Shown in pieces: positions 38,704 to 48,147 of a stretch of DNA of 64,000 nt; the first letter of the stretch is position 1; each line of letters starts with the position of its first letter. Source of the DNA: Escherichia phage FEC14. The notes below the pieces were generated by a model that was not told the DNA's origin, ran no database searches, and saw only the letters and a program-made list of their open reading frames with translations. A program made the position numbers and the translations under genes. The DNA is taken from the sequence record MG383452. One strand, given 5' to 3'.

Positions 38704-39242
38704 ATACCAATGAATTCATTGAAAGAACCAACGACTTTCTTGACCGAGAAACGGTTATTTTCAAGAACCATTGAACTATCTTCTTTGGCTCTAACGCTCC
38801 ACTGATCCGCAATTTCGTTGCCCATCGTTCCTGCATGACCTTTCACCCATTTTAATTCAAGTTCACAAATTGAACAAACTTTGTCATAATAATCGAACAA
38901 CTCGAGCAGAAGTTCTGTGTTCTTAGGCGGCATTCCTTCATATTCCCATTTACGACGCCACTCCAAAACGCTATTGATAACATATTGGCTGTCGGATATG
39001 ATGCGGGCTGGGGGAATGCAGCGTTCACCGCAATTAGAGAATTTCCATAGGATCTTCATTGCGTTTATAACCCCGAGTAACTCAGCTATATTGTTCGTTG
39101 ACGGCGGGGGTAAATACCCATAAAACACTTTCCATTGCTCTCCAGTGATTGGACTGATGGCAAATGCCCAACCAGCGGCTCGTGTCTTCTGAGGGGATGA
39201 TGCCCCGTCAGTGTATATTTCAATCATGTATAAGTATCCCAA
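38700..39242 (-). CDS. rnhA: ribonuclease HI (cellular type)
   Basis: 180 aa; IYTDGAS, NNIAEL, DSQYV, KGHAG...GNEIAD catalytic motifs in order. Confidence 0.7.
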   Translation of the reverse strand: MGYLYMIEIYTDGASSPQKTRAAGWAFAISPITGEQWKVFYGYLPPPSTNNIAELLGVINAMKILWKFSNCGERCIPPARIISDSQYVINSVLEWRRKWEYEGMPPKNTELLLELFDYYDKVCSICELELKWVKGHAGTMGNEIADQWSVRAKEDSSMVLENNRFSVKKVVGSFNEFIGI

Positions 39243-39269
39243 ACTGGTTTTATCGATGAGGAACGAATC

Positions 39270-40037
39270 ATGTCAGAACGCGCATATCGTTTCAGTCTGA
39301 CCGCCCCAGAAATTGAGCGTTTGCTCTTGTCTATAAATGATTCCATACAAAAGCTGGACATCATTTATGACTACACGGCGGGTGGGACTGAAGGTCAAGT
39401 CGCAGCTGCGTCAGCTGTCAAAAACATGTGGCTAAAACTTAATGAGATGGTCACAGGTGAAGGTCTTAAAGACGCAATCAATGCAGCTAACGACAGCAAC
39501 GTATTCACCGATTATTATAAGTCTATTTTAGATCGCGAAACTTGGAAATTTATTGGTTCTCCGGCAGATTTATTAGCAAGGGACGATATAGACACTTCCA
39601 ATTTTGAAGGCGGTGAAGTAATCCTCCTACAAAAGAACGCTTCGGGCAACCCAGAATTCCAATACTGGAAAAGAACTCCTGTGGCAGGAGGTGATCCAAT
39701 ATTTGGTTGGGAATCTGTTTATGAAGGAAACTCCAACGACTCTTCTATTGATATTCCGGTTGTTGGGACCAGCATACTGAAGACAATCCCAAAAGCATTG
39801 TTTCATATGGTCGAATTCAGAGTACACGCTCGAGAGTCTACCCTCGGTCATTGGCAGGACACTGATGGCAAAATCGGTTATCGTGGTGAAGATCTGATTT
39901 ATAGCCTGTATAATCATGTTCAAACCAAACCGATCGCAAATATATCTTTCAGCCAAGATGTGGACAATATGATTATCACGATAACGACACTTGAACCAAA
40001 TATCAAGTGCCATTTATCGTTTATTGCGGGTTATTAA
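39270..40037 (+). CDS. hypothetical protein (255 aa), lone plus-strand gene
   Basis: ORF track; GAGGAA RBS; convergent 4-nt overlap with helicase gene. Confidence 0.45.
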   Translation: MSERAYRFSLTAPEIERLLLSINDSIQKLDIIYDYTAGGTEGQVAAASAVKNMWLKLNEMVTGEGLKDAINAANDSNVFTDYYKSILDRETWKFIGSPADLLARDDIDTSNFEGGEVILLQKNASGNPEFQYWKRTPVAGGDPIFGWESVYEGNSNDSSIDIPVVGTSILKTIPKALFHMVEFRVHARESTLGHWQDTDGKIGYRGEDLIYSLYNHVQTKPIANISFSQDVDNMIITITTLEPNIKCHLSFIAGY

Positions 40038-41755
40038 ACCTCAAACACTGCATCGGTGAACCAGGTTGGGAAGAATTCTGGGTTGCGCATCATAAGAGAT
40101 TCAAAGGATGAATCAATGATGTATGTCGCAGCCCAGTCATCAACACCCCTGACCGAACGCCCACACATTTGAACAATGCGCAGTACTGCATTGCGGAAAT
40201 ATGCCGACGGATCCACTGAATTGATATGTGCTATCAGTGGATCGCCCAGATAATCATAAGGGACTTTGATCAGTATTTGGAAACGGCTGTAATCCCCTTT
40301 GAAATCATAACCTTCTTCCATAGCCGGACTGGCAATGACGCATGGGGACTTTGTTCTAAAAGCATTTTCCATAATATCCATCAACGCCTTTCGGGTGCGC
40401 GGAACATGGATAAAATTCTGATATTTACTGAATTTTTGTATTGCCAAGGCGCGATCATAACTCACTGTATGGATAATGCCGGACTGACCTGGGTGGAACG
40501 CGATTATTTCATCAATATATTCCGTCAACCTTTTCATTTCATAGTCGCCCATATTGTTAGTCATCTTCACTATGGGCATATAGTTGACTTTTCTGTTTTC
40601 AATTGGGATAGGGTTGCCGATCTGAATGGAATGATAATCCCCCTGTCGAATACCCAATGAACGAGCATAAGAATCTATGCCGCAGATCGTTGCTGACATA
40701 TGAACGTGATAATCGGCTTTTCGGAATAACCCGAATTCGCTTACATCAGAAGGCATAACAGGTTTAAACCGGATAAAATCTTCCCCCTTTTCTTGCACAA
40801 TAAATGTACTTGCTTGGGTTTGTGACATAATACCGCAATAATCACTCAAGTTATGCAAGACATCTATAATGTCTGCGAGTTTCATCACTTGGCTTTCACT
40901 CAAGCGATCATCTTCGACCAATTCTTCAAGAACTTCCAACAAATTTTCTACTTTGAGATGGAGGTCTTCAAACATTGAATGTAGTTCACCAGACAAAGAA
41001 TATAACTTGCCCAGGACATAGTCCTTGGTGCGTTCTACGATATCACCAATGGTAGAGACGATCTCCTTGCCCTCAGGGATAGAACGCAGCCCCTCCACGG
41101 CCTTTGTATTGTATTCCATGATCGTGTGCTCTAGGAGCGTAGAGGGCATTTTATGGCACTCGTCAAGGATCAGCATATCGGAACGGTTTTCGGGCTTCAT
41201 GCAGATGGTTGTACACATTTCGATCATCATGGCAGCATTAGTACAACGCAATGATGAAATATCCGTCCACAAATTACGCGCCTGTACATAAGGACAGCGG
41301 CGTTTGCTACAATGCCCGTCACGGCATGCTATACGGCATTGGACAGCATTGTAATACACATCTGGATGTACGTGGCAACGATAGTTCTTCTTGCCTTTTA
41401 GGATGTCTATCGCCACCGCCTTTTCAGCAGCATACTGATCTTGCAGACCTTTGGTCGGGGTGCTGATAGAAGTGCGAAATTGCCCATAAGGATCAGCCTG
41501 TAAAACTAGATGGCGAATCACTTTATGAATGGTAGTGCCAATCAAAGATTTACCGACACCTGTCGGAGCTTCAATGATGACATGTTTAACCTTTTTGTTG
41601 ATAAGCGCATCTATGGCTTCGACGATGCATTCCATCTGGCCTGGGTTCGCTTTGTCATATGGGAATTCATCTTTGGTAAGGCGTTGTATTTCTTCCACAG
41701 GAACCTTACGGCCTATGGCGTCAATCGCCTTTCGGTGTTGATTAAATGCTGTCAC
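40034..41755 (-). CDS. DinG/XPD-family (Rad3-like) Fe-S DNA helicase
   Basis: 573 aa; Walker A EAPTGVGKS, DECH box, four-Cys cluster (C..C..C..C) between motifs I and II. Confidence 0.7.
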   Translation of the reverse strand: MTAFNQHRKAIDAIGRKVPVEEIQRLTKDEFPYDKANPGQMECIVEAIDALINKKVKHVIIEAPTGVGKSLIGTTIHKVIRHLVLQADPYGQFRTSISTPTKGLQDQYAAEKAVAIDILKGKKNYRCHVHPDVYYNAVQCRIACRDGHCSKRRCPYVQARNLWTDISSLRCTNAAMMIEMCTTICMKPENRSDMLILDECHKMPSTLLEHTIMEYNTKAVEGLRSIPEGKEIVSTIGDIVERTKDYVLGKLYSLSGELHSMFEDLHLKVENLLEVLEELVEDDRLSESQVMKLADIIDVLHNLSDYCGIMSQTQASTFIVQEKGEDFIRFKPVMPSDVSEFGLFRKADYHVHMSATICGIDSYARSLGIRQGDYHSIQIGNPIPIENRKVNYMPIVKMTNNMGDYEMKRLTEYIDEIIAFHPGQSGIIHTVSYDRALAIQKFSKYQNFIHVPRTRKALMDIMENAFRTKSPCVIASPAMEEGYDFKGDYSRFQILIKVPYDYLGDPLIAHINSVDPSAYFRNAVLRIVQMCGRSVRGVDDWAATYIIDSSFESLMMRNPEFFPTWFTDAVFEV

Positions 41756-41803
41756 GTTGTTCCTCCTTTGGATTCTGTTATAGTTTACCCGAATCCCAAC
41801 AAC

Positions 41804-41830
41804 GAAAAAGCCGAGGCATTAACCTCGGCT
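41804..41830 (-). terminator. rho-independent terminator downstream of HU-like gene
   Basis: AGCCGAGG-CATTAA-CCTCGGCT hairpin, T-run on minus strand. Confidence 0.5.
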
Positions 41831-41890
41831 TCTCCTTTTAGCCTTGCGCCGCTGCACTGCAGACATGCGCTGGGCCGACGCCTGGTGTGA

Positions 41891-42169
41891 TTACTGGCCG
41901 TTGGCAGCAGCTTTCAGACCTTCACCGACTTTGAATTTAACTACATTTTTCGCTTCGATCTGGATCTGTTGTCCGTTCAGCGGGTTGCGGCCAGTGCGCG
42001 CTTCCTGATGTTTAACTTCGAACGCGCCGAAGCCTACGAATTGGACAGATTGGCCAGCCGCGACTGCAGTTTTCACGCCATTGATAAAAGATGCAACGAT
42101 TTTCTCAGCTTCGCCTTTGGTCATACCCTGGGTTTGAGCGATGTGAGCGATAAAATCAGTACGGTTCAT
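41891..42169 (-). CDS. HU/IHF-family DNA-binding protein
   Basis: 92 aa from MNRTDFIAHIA; GFGAFEVKHQEARTGRNPLNGQQIQIEAKNVVKFKVG is a canonical HU arm. Confidence 0.7.
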   Translation of the reverse strand: MNRTDFIAHIAQTQGMTKGEAEKIVASFINGVKTAVAAGQSVQFVGFGAFEVKHQEARTGRNPLNGQQIQIEAKNVVKFKVGEGLKAAANGQ

Positions 42170-42252
42170 TCGGATTACTCCAGTTAGTTGTTTACGATGT
42201 TTCACTACAAGAGGACTACAGCTTACCTAACAAATACTATTGAATAAAGCGT

Positions 42253-43047
42253 TTATTTGCCGACGTTTAGCATTTTACTTGAGCCTGAACCATCAACAAT
42301 CAGAGTACATTTCCCGCTGTTGGCGCAAGATTGCAACACCATGTTATATTCGTGTTGTAAATATTCAGGTGTCAGAGATGTCGTCAGTTTCTGATTCGCC
42401 CTGGCTTCTTGGTCTCGAATTTCAACGTTCTTTCTTGCTGTATCCAAACGTTTGTCGGCCATGACATTATCACGGATAGATTGCTCAATCGAAGGATCTG
42501 TCAGCGCCTTTTTGACCAACACGCGTGTGATTGTGAACATGCCAGGTGCAGCTGTTTCTAATTGCTGCTGGGTGCGTTCCTTGATCATCTTTTCTAACTC
42601 AGCCCGTTGGGTGTGAATTGTCATAGAATCCAAAGAGGAAACGGCGTCCATCGTTGAGGATGCTGCGGCGGTTTTAACCAGGTTGAATCCCACCGCTATC
42701 GTGCCGTCACCGAGTTCAGCGCTCTGACCTGCAAATTTGGTATGGAACCAAGGAACCTTCGCGACGTTCGGTGTGTAATAAACGTCCACATCCAGATCTT
42801 CCAAGGTCAGGTTGTCTTTGGCCTTTGGCGTCATTTTCGTCAGACTCACAACGGCTTCTTTGGTCGTGTAAACATCCACGCTTGAAACAAAGCTGGTGTA
42901 GATCCCCGCTGTTACAGGGTTCATGTCTACTTCACCCCATTGGGTGCGAACGCCGACATTACCTTCATCGATAACGCCACCACAACCAGAAAGTAGACTT
43001 GCAGCCAGAACCATAATTGCACCAAACACCAATTTCTTGAACATCAA
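42253..43047 (-). CDS. lipoprotein with SPFH (band-7/HflC)-like domain
   Basis: signal peptide plus lipobox LLSGC; VIDEGNVGVRTQWGEV...AGIY resembles SPFH N-terminus. Confidence 0.45.
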   Translation of the reverse strand: MMFKKLVFGAIMVLAASLLSGCGGVIDEGNVGVRTQWGEVDMNPVTAGIYTSFVSSVDVYTTKEAVVSLTKMTPKAKDNLTLEDLDVDVYYTPNVAKVPWFHTKFAGQSAELGDGTIAVGFNLVKTAAASSTMDAVSSLDSMTIHTQRAELEKMIKERTQQQLETAAPGMFTITRVLVKKALTDPSIEQSIRDNVMADKRLDTARKNVEIRDQEARANQKLTTSLTPEYLQHEYNMVLQSCANSGKCTLIVDGSGSSKMLNVGK

Positions 43048-43262
43048 TGTACCCCTTCAAAAATGTAGATATATGCACCCAATGTGAGTGCAGTTATTGT
43101 AACCGAAGAAATCAGCAGTAGGAAAGTTACTCTCACCCGTTTGCGCCAACGTTTACTTCGGTAGATTTTAGTCTCTTTCAAGTATTTGAAAAAGAAAAAT
43201 AAAATGAATGTTGAAATTACGAATATGAACAGATAACGGATTAACCCGATCATATTTCCCAC
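43044..43262 (-). CDS. small membrane protein (72 aa, two predicted TM segments)
   Basis: hydrophobic segments separated by KYLKETKIYRSKRWRKR. Confidence 0.45.
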   Translation of the reverse strand: MGNMIGLIRYLFIFVISTFILFFFFKYLKETKIYRSKRWRKRVRVTFLLLISSVTITALTLGAYIYIFEGVH

Positions 43263-43570
43263 CCTGTGCTACGCAGATGATCAAAATAATCGTTGAGTTC
43301 GTCAATATCTTCGATATCAACCCAACGATCATCCAGACCCATATCATTTAGATCTTCTTCAGTCAGATCATGTTGGTATATTTGAACGCCGGAAGCATTA
43401 CAATAATCCGGCTTGATGTTATTGTTATACTGAAACAGGTCGTAATCAGCCAGAGTATTCTTCAGGCGCTGCGCTTCTTCAAATGTTGGAACCTCAACAT
43501 GAAAAGCGATCCCAGGAACCTGGGGAATATGCCAAACGCGAAATTTAAGTTCAAACGGTTTATTCGACAT
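43250..43570 (-). CDS. hypothetical acidic protein (106 aa)
   Basis: ORF track. Confidence 0.4.
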   Translation of the reverse strand: MSNKPFELKFRVWHIPQVPGIAFHVEVPTFEEAQRLKNTLADYDLFQYNNNIKPDYCNASGVQIYQHDLTEEDLNDMGLDDRWVDIEDIDELNDYFDHLRSTGWEI

Positions 43571-43889
43571 GGGGTTCTCCCTGAGACAGTATGGTTTTCA
43601 TCTGTTCACGCGTGATAATTGTTTCAACAAGATTCTCGTCAATCATCATTTCGTTTAACAGTTCACAACCCAGCACGTGTGGTCGCGCCATATACGGCAT
43701 CGTGTTGAGTTTTTCTTCTATGTCAAGAACGCGCTTGACAGTCAGACCCATAGAAGAAAAGGGAACAGGATAAAAGAATGAAATGATCTGATTATCCATC
43801 CCGTTTGAAAATCTTACCAACAATACATCACACCATACGCCGGACATATTACACCTCCAGACGGTTACAATGAGAAAGCGCGTTATCAA
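43560..43889 (-). CDS. hypothetical protein (109 aa)
   Basis: ORF track. Confidence 0.4.
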   Translation of the reverse strand: MITRFLIVTVWRCNMSGVWCDVLLVRFSNGMDNQIISFFYPVPFSSMGLTVKRVLDIEEKLNTMPYMARPHVLGCELLNEMMIDENLVETIITREQMKTILSQGEPHVE

Positions 43890-44538
43890 TCTGTTCCCGA
43901 GACAGATATTCCAACGGGTTGCGAGAATACGCGTCTAACAGCAGCAGTTGGAGCACAGCGCGATTACGAGTTTCACTCTCCATCATGATACCGTTCATAT
44001 GTGGTGAACGGGCTGTCCATACAACATACTGACCTAAATCGTCGTTGGCAGTCAGGCTAATGCGAAACTGATTACACAATTTGTCGATTAACGCATAATC
44101 ATATGTGAACGTCCCTTCAGTTTTCCAGCTTGATTTCTTCACCTGAAGAGCTTCACCACGAGTTCTGAATTCTAACGTCACTCCATGAGTTTCATTGTCG
44201 AAATGAACAACTCTCTGAGTTTCATTTTTCAGAGTCCGGTTCATATTATGTACGAAGAAACGGGCGTCGATCTCCCTATTGCTCATGGAATTAAAATCGA
44301 TCGGCCAAAAACGAGCGCGCATAATCGCGCCTTCTGGCAATACAATTAGTCCATTTTCACGGGAGACATAGCAAAGACGTTTAACTGCAGGGTCAGGATG
44401 TTCCACACAATAAACGGAAATTCCAGTGGGAAGGATAGCGTGGGCGACAACACCAGATCTTTCAAAATATAAATTACCCTGGTCAGCCCCGATGATAATA
44501 CGGCTCTTGTTGTTCATAATACGGCTCTTGTTGTTCAT
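43849..44538 (-). CDS. hypothetical protein (229 aa) with duplicated start region
   Basis: ORF track; N-terminus MNNKSRI-MNNKSRI encoded by a perfect tandem 21-bp duplication. Confidence 0.45.
   Translation of the reverse strand: MNNKSRIMNNKSRIIIGADQGNLYFERSGVVAHAILPTGISVYCVEHPDPAVKRLCYVSRENGLIVLPEGAIMRARFWPIDFNSMSNREIDARFFVHNMNRTLKNETQRVVHFDNETHGVTLEFRTRGEALQVKKSSWKTEGTFTYDYALIDKLCNQFRISLTANDDLGQYVVWTARSPHMNGIMMESETRNRAVLQLLLLDAYSRNPLEYLSREQIDNALSHCNRLEV
44497..44538 (-). repeat. perfect tandem duplication, 21 bp x 2 (AATACGGCTCTTGTTGTTCAT), spanning a start codon
   Basis: seen directly at 44497-44517 and 44518-44538. Confidence 0.8.
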
Positions 44539-44595
44539 AATATAGATCTCTCAAATAAAAGGCGGTTTAATAATAACCGCCCTAATGTTATTGAA

Positions 44596-45390
44596 TTATT
44601 TTATATCACCGACATACATGTTCAAACTTTCATCCCATTCTAAACGAACACGAATAGTGCCAGAATCGTTTGGGAAAGACAATTTGTCGCACATATGACG
44701 ATTTGCATATGTTCCGCTCTTATTAACAGGATAATCTTTACCTTCACCGATTGCGAATCGTTTGAAGTTCCGACTCACCATCATATTGATGTTAGGCCAC
44801 TGCAATTGTTCCCGTAGGGTTTTGCACAATATAATCTTCCCATTAGACCGGAAAGACACGAATAAATCATTTGGTGAAGAAAATCGCCTTTCTTGCGGGC
44901 ATAATTGCCTGATTGAAATAAATTCAGATTCTTCTTTATTCTCAACTGGAGACTTCACGGGTTCTTCTTTTCGTTTTTCTGCATATTGCTCAACAGCCTT
45001 TTGGCTGACAGGCGGCAGATCAATAGAAGGGGAGATGACTGCGGGCTTAACGACTGGTGAAGTACGAGCAGCAACAAGTTTTTCCTGAGCTTCCAGAATT
45101 CTCTCTTGGCGAGATTTTGGTCGAGTATCAACCTTGGAGCTGAAATCACAAACCGTAACCCAATCACCCTGATCATTGCGCTTGGCAACCAGAGTCAGTT
45201 TATAGATGATGCCCTGCAGCTTGCTTTCGCGCATAGTGTCTGCGAACCAGAAAGCACAACCCTGCTCGAACTTTTCAGCGAAGATGACGCGTCCGTCTTC
45301 GTGAATCAGAATGACCTTTGCTTTGTTGGGCGCGAACATCTTATTCTTTTCAATGATCGATTCGGCGATCTTTTTGGTAATAATCATCAC
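44596..45390 (-). CDS. hypothetical protein (264 aa)
   Basis: ORF track. Confidence 0.45.
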   Translation of the reverse strand: MMIITKKIAESIIEKNKMFAPNKAKVILIHEDGRVIFAEKFEQGCAFWFADTMRESKLQGIIYKLTLVAKRNDQGDWVTVCDFSSKVDTRPKSRQERILEAQEKLVAARTSPVVKPAVISPSIDLPPVSQKAVEQYAEKRKEEPVKSPVENKEESEFISIRQLCPQERRFSSPNDLFVSFRSNGKIILCKTLREQLQWPNINMMVSRNFKRFAIGEGKDYPVNKSGTYANRHMCDKLSFPNDSGTIRVRLEWDESLNMYVGDIK

Positions 45391-45437
45391 GAAGTATTTC
45401 CTTTCAGTTCAATGGAAGTTAAATTTTAACCTGAAAA

Positions 45438-45758
45438 TTATCTTTGATTTCCAACGAAATTAGTCGCTATTTCCCGACACATAGTCAGATCTTTGATCGT
45501 CTGTTTGCTATTGTCGGCAGCGGACTCCATCATTGGCAAATCCAAAGCATTCTCTATTTGATCCACGCTGTAGAGATCAAGGCGTTTCAACTCACCTTCA
45601 TAATCTGATAAAAGGATGGATGTATCTTTATCATCAGGGTGAAATTGTTGATAAGTAGACAACCAGGCCGCACACATATTCAATTTGCTAGCCGGAGTTG
45701 CCACAACTTGGAATGATGCCAACATAGAAAAGAATAACAAGAATATTATGTTTCTCAT
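45438..45758 (-). CDS. small secreted protein (signal peptide)
   Basis: N-terminus MRNIIFLLFFSMLASFQVVA typical cleavable signal. Confidence 0.45.
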   Translation of the reverse strand: MRNIIFLLFFSMLASFQVVATPASKLNMCAAWLSTYQQFHPDDKDTSILLSDYEGELKRLDLYSVDQIENALDLPMMESAADNSKQTIKDLTMCREIATNFVGNQR

Positions 45759-46444
45759 CTTTCGTTCTCCTTCATCATATTATCACAGTCAATTCTTGTT
45801 TGCTTGAGTTCACGGGCAAGCCTGGGATCATCAAGATTGACAGACAAATTAGTGGAAAGATCTTTCAAACCATTCTGAACACGGTCTTCATAATAATGAT
45901 CATTTTCCACCAGCCATGCTCTCAGGCCAAGGGCGCGAGTCCGCCATTCCTTTTTCAAACGTCGATCTGATTCTTGATCAGCACTGTATTCAAATACTCG
46001 GATACATTGGTTGCCATCATTGATGAGATCCAGCTGACGTCGGCCAACCTGCACACCTTTTTGTAATGCTGGAGAAGGAAGAGAACGGCACTGTCTTACG
46101 GTCATTCGTCCTTGTGTGCCCATACGACCAGTCATGATGAGATCGCCAGCCTCCATGCCTCCTCGATTAAATTCTTTGTCGTTCATATATCCTTTCAGGT
46201 TGAACGCGCCTTGCTTATATCGATTAAACTCAATACCAGCATTTACAACGGCATCTGTGACATTACCTGTGGCCCAGAGTTCAGCAAAGTTCTCTATGGA
46301 ACCAGTTTTGTCTATAGCGACGGCTTGGGAGAACCCAGCACAGTAGGAAAGATCAGACCACAGTTTTTCACCTGTGGAGTTCAGCTTGGCGGTGGCAGGA
46401 AGTGCCAGACCAGCCAGCACAACCCCGATGATTAAACGTTTCAT
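45755..46444 (-). CDS. secreted protein (229 aa) with signal peptide
   Basis: ATG 46444 with AAGGAG RBS; MKRLIIGVVLAGLALPATA signal; tracked ORF extends upstream. Confidence 0.45.
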   Translation of the reverse strand: MKRLIIGVVLAGLALPATAKLNSTGEKLWSDLSYCAGFSQAVAIDKTGSIENFAELWATGNVTDAVVNAGIEFNRYKQGAFNLKGYMNDKEFNRGGMEAGDLIMTGRMGTQGRMTVRQCRSLPSPALQKGVQVGRRQLDLINDGNQCIRVFEYSADQESDRRLKKEWRTRALGLRAWLVENDHYYEDRVQNGLKDLSTNLSVNLDDPRLARELKQTRIDCDNMMKENER

Positions 46445-46523
46445 GGTGATTCTCCTTATTTCATTGGATAAAATGATAGGGCTGTCACCATGTTGAGTAA
46501 AGGGTTTCAATAAACTATCGTAT

Positions 46524-46973
46524 TCAGAAACGGGTATCGCTGACCGTTCTGTATCGCACACCCTGAAACTGTTTAGCGAGTTTAACAAATTCCATCGCTG
46601 GCAAATCAACTTTGTAGACCTTCATGCGCTGTTTGCCGTCCATGTTCAACGCAGCGACAAATCGGTGAGACCCGTCAACAACGTAATTGTCAGAAGACAC
46701 CCAAACTCGACCCATGGGCTTCTTATTTCTGATCTGCTTCATAATCTTCCAGACCTTCATTTTATTGATTTCGTTCTGGGTAAGACGAAGCATTTTGATG
46801 GGCACTTGCGCAGCATCTATGGACACGCCGTTGTCTTCAAGATATTTGTGAAAATCTTCTTGTTTGTCGGCATCGATTTGCGGCATAGAAGAACGAGAAA
46901 GCCCGAGGTTCCCAACAGGAATCCTCAGGCCATTTATGATATTCATCCAGTCAATAAAGGATGTAAGGAACAT
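46524..46973 (-). CDS. ParB/Srx-fold nuclease-like domain protein
   Basis: 149 aa; YVVDGSHRFVAA resembles the DGxxR core of ParB-like/DUF262 nucleases. Confidence 0.4.
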   Translation of the reverse strand: MFLTSFIDWMNIINGLRIPVGNLGLSRSSMPQIDADKQEDFHKYLEDNGVSIDAAQVPIKMLRLTQNEINKMKVWKIMKQIRNKKPMGRVWVSSDNYVVDGSHRFVAALNMDGKQRMKVYKVDLPAMEFVKLAKQFQGVRYRTVSDTRF

Positions 46974-47010
46974 GACACACCTCGGGATATAGGGTTATCC
47001 CTTAGTTAGT

Positions 47011-47289
47011 TCATTCGGACTTAAACAGCAATTCGCGAACAGAAGTCCCAACGATATTTTGGGCGTTCAACAAACGAGTTAAATCATCCATGTCGTATGC
47101 TGAATTGGTGACATGGCCCAAGATAATCGCCAACATTCCCTCCAGCGCTCTCCGATTGTTATTCTCTTCAATGTCAAACTTAATTTCAACAAATCGAGAT
47201 AGCATTCTGGATTGAGCATGAGTTTCGTTGGTTTTGCTCTGTATAATATCTTTGATTTCCGAACGAGCAATACTTCTTTGATCTGTCAT
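47011..47289 (-). CDS. hypothetical protein (92 aa)
   Basis: ORF track; conserved upstream cassette. Confidence 0.45.
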   Translation of the reverse strand: MTDQRSIARSEIKDIIQSKTNETHAQSRMLSRFVEIKFDIEENNNRRALEGMLAIILGHVTNSAYDMDDLTRLLNAQNIVGTSVRELLFKSE

Positions 47290-47335
47290 GATATAGTTCC
47301 TTCATTTCAAATGGGCGGGGCAAAGATACCCCGCC
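47284..47335 (-). repeat. 5-prime cassette copy A: GGCGGGG stem-loop plus CATTTGAAATGAAGGAA RBS context
   Basis: near-identical to 47843-47894; hairpin GGCGGGG-CAAAGATA-CCCCGCC. Confidence 0.5.
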
Positions 47336-47341
47336 GTGGGT

Positions 47342-47848
47342 TTATAGGGTAACAAGTGATACGGTAAAAACCATCGTCCCATCTGTTGCCATTTTTCTTG
47401 AAACTGGGAAGACGCGAGGCTGACAGAATATCCATTCTTTCTCCATGGACGCCAAGTCCAGCATATCCATTTCTGATTCATCGCCTTTGTTCACAAATTT
47501 TTCTAGAGAACCAAAGACATTAAGCCCCTCTGGGAGTCCGTTTCGATGTTTATAACAAATGCGGGCAACAGCTTTGGTTCCATACGATTTAGAAAATTGT
47601 TTGGCCACATGCTTCAGTTCGCTGAAACTAAGACAAGAATCCCATGTCTGAAACATGTCTCCTCGTTCAAACATCATCTCCAAACGCGCAACGTCCTCTT
47701 TAGGCAACCCGCGATAAAGTGTGGTCATCTGCGGTTCGCGTAATTCTTGCACCAGACCACGGATGGCAGGGGAAACAGTGCCAGGGCGCATGATGTGGGA
47801 CTTATCATGGACGAGGTAAAATAAATCTTGAATTTGTTGATCGGTCAT
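47342..47848 (-). CDS. hypothetical protein (168 aa)
   Basis: ORF track; starts MTDQ like the downstream 92-aa gene. Confidence 0.45.
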   Translation of the reverse strand: MTDQQIQDLFYLVHDKSHIMRPGTVSPAIRGLVQELREPQMTTLYRGLPKEDVARLEMMFERGDMFQTWDSCLSFSELKHVAKQFSKSYGTKAVARICYKHRNGLPEGLNVFGSLEKFVNKGDESEMDMLDLASMEKEWIFCQPRVFPVSRKMATDGTMVFTVSLVTL

Positions 47849-47894
47849 GATGTATTTCCTTCATTTCAAATAGGCGGGGTAATCATACCCCACC
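47843..47894 (-). repeat. 5-prime cassette copy B: stem-loop plus TATTTGAAATGAAGGAA RBS context
   Basis: about 36-nt near-identity with copy A including first codons ATGAC(A/C)GATCAA. Confidence 0.5.
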
Positions 47895-47907
47895 CTAAGT
47901 TATAGAA

Positions 47908-48147
47908 TTAACTGATGTGCTTCAGAAGAGCGAAGAGGATCGCGGCCTTGGCTTTCACCTTTCCGACGACGCCTGTTTCGACGTCGACTTCTTCGGCAAC
48001 CCAATCTTTTCCCTTCTTGCTGATGATAACATCGCGGCGCTGGGCATATACTTCTTTGGTCGCATACACACGACGGAACCCTTTAGCGCGGAGCAAGCCC
48101 CAATTACGATCAATCTCCACTGAAGTTTCTACCATTTTGTTCTTCAT
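47908..48147 (-). CDS. hypothetical protein (79 aa)
   Basis: ORF track. Confidence 0.4.
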   Translation of the reverse strand: MKNKMVETSVEIDRNWGLLRAKGFRRVYATKEVYAQRRDVIISKKGKDWVAEEVDVETGVVGKVKAKAAILFALLKHIS

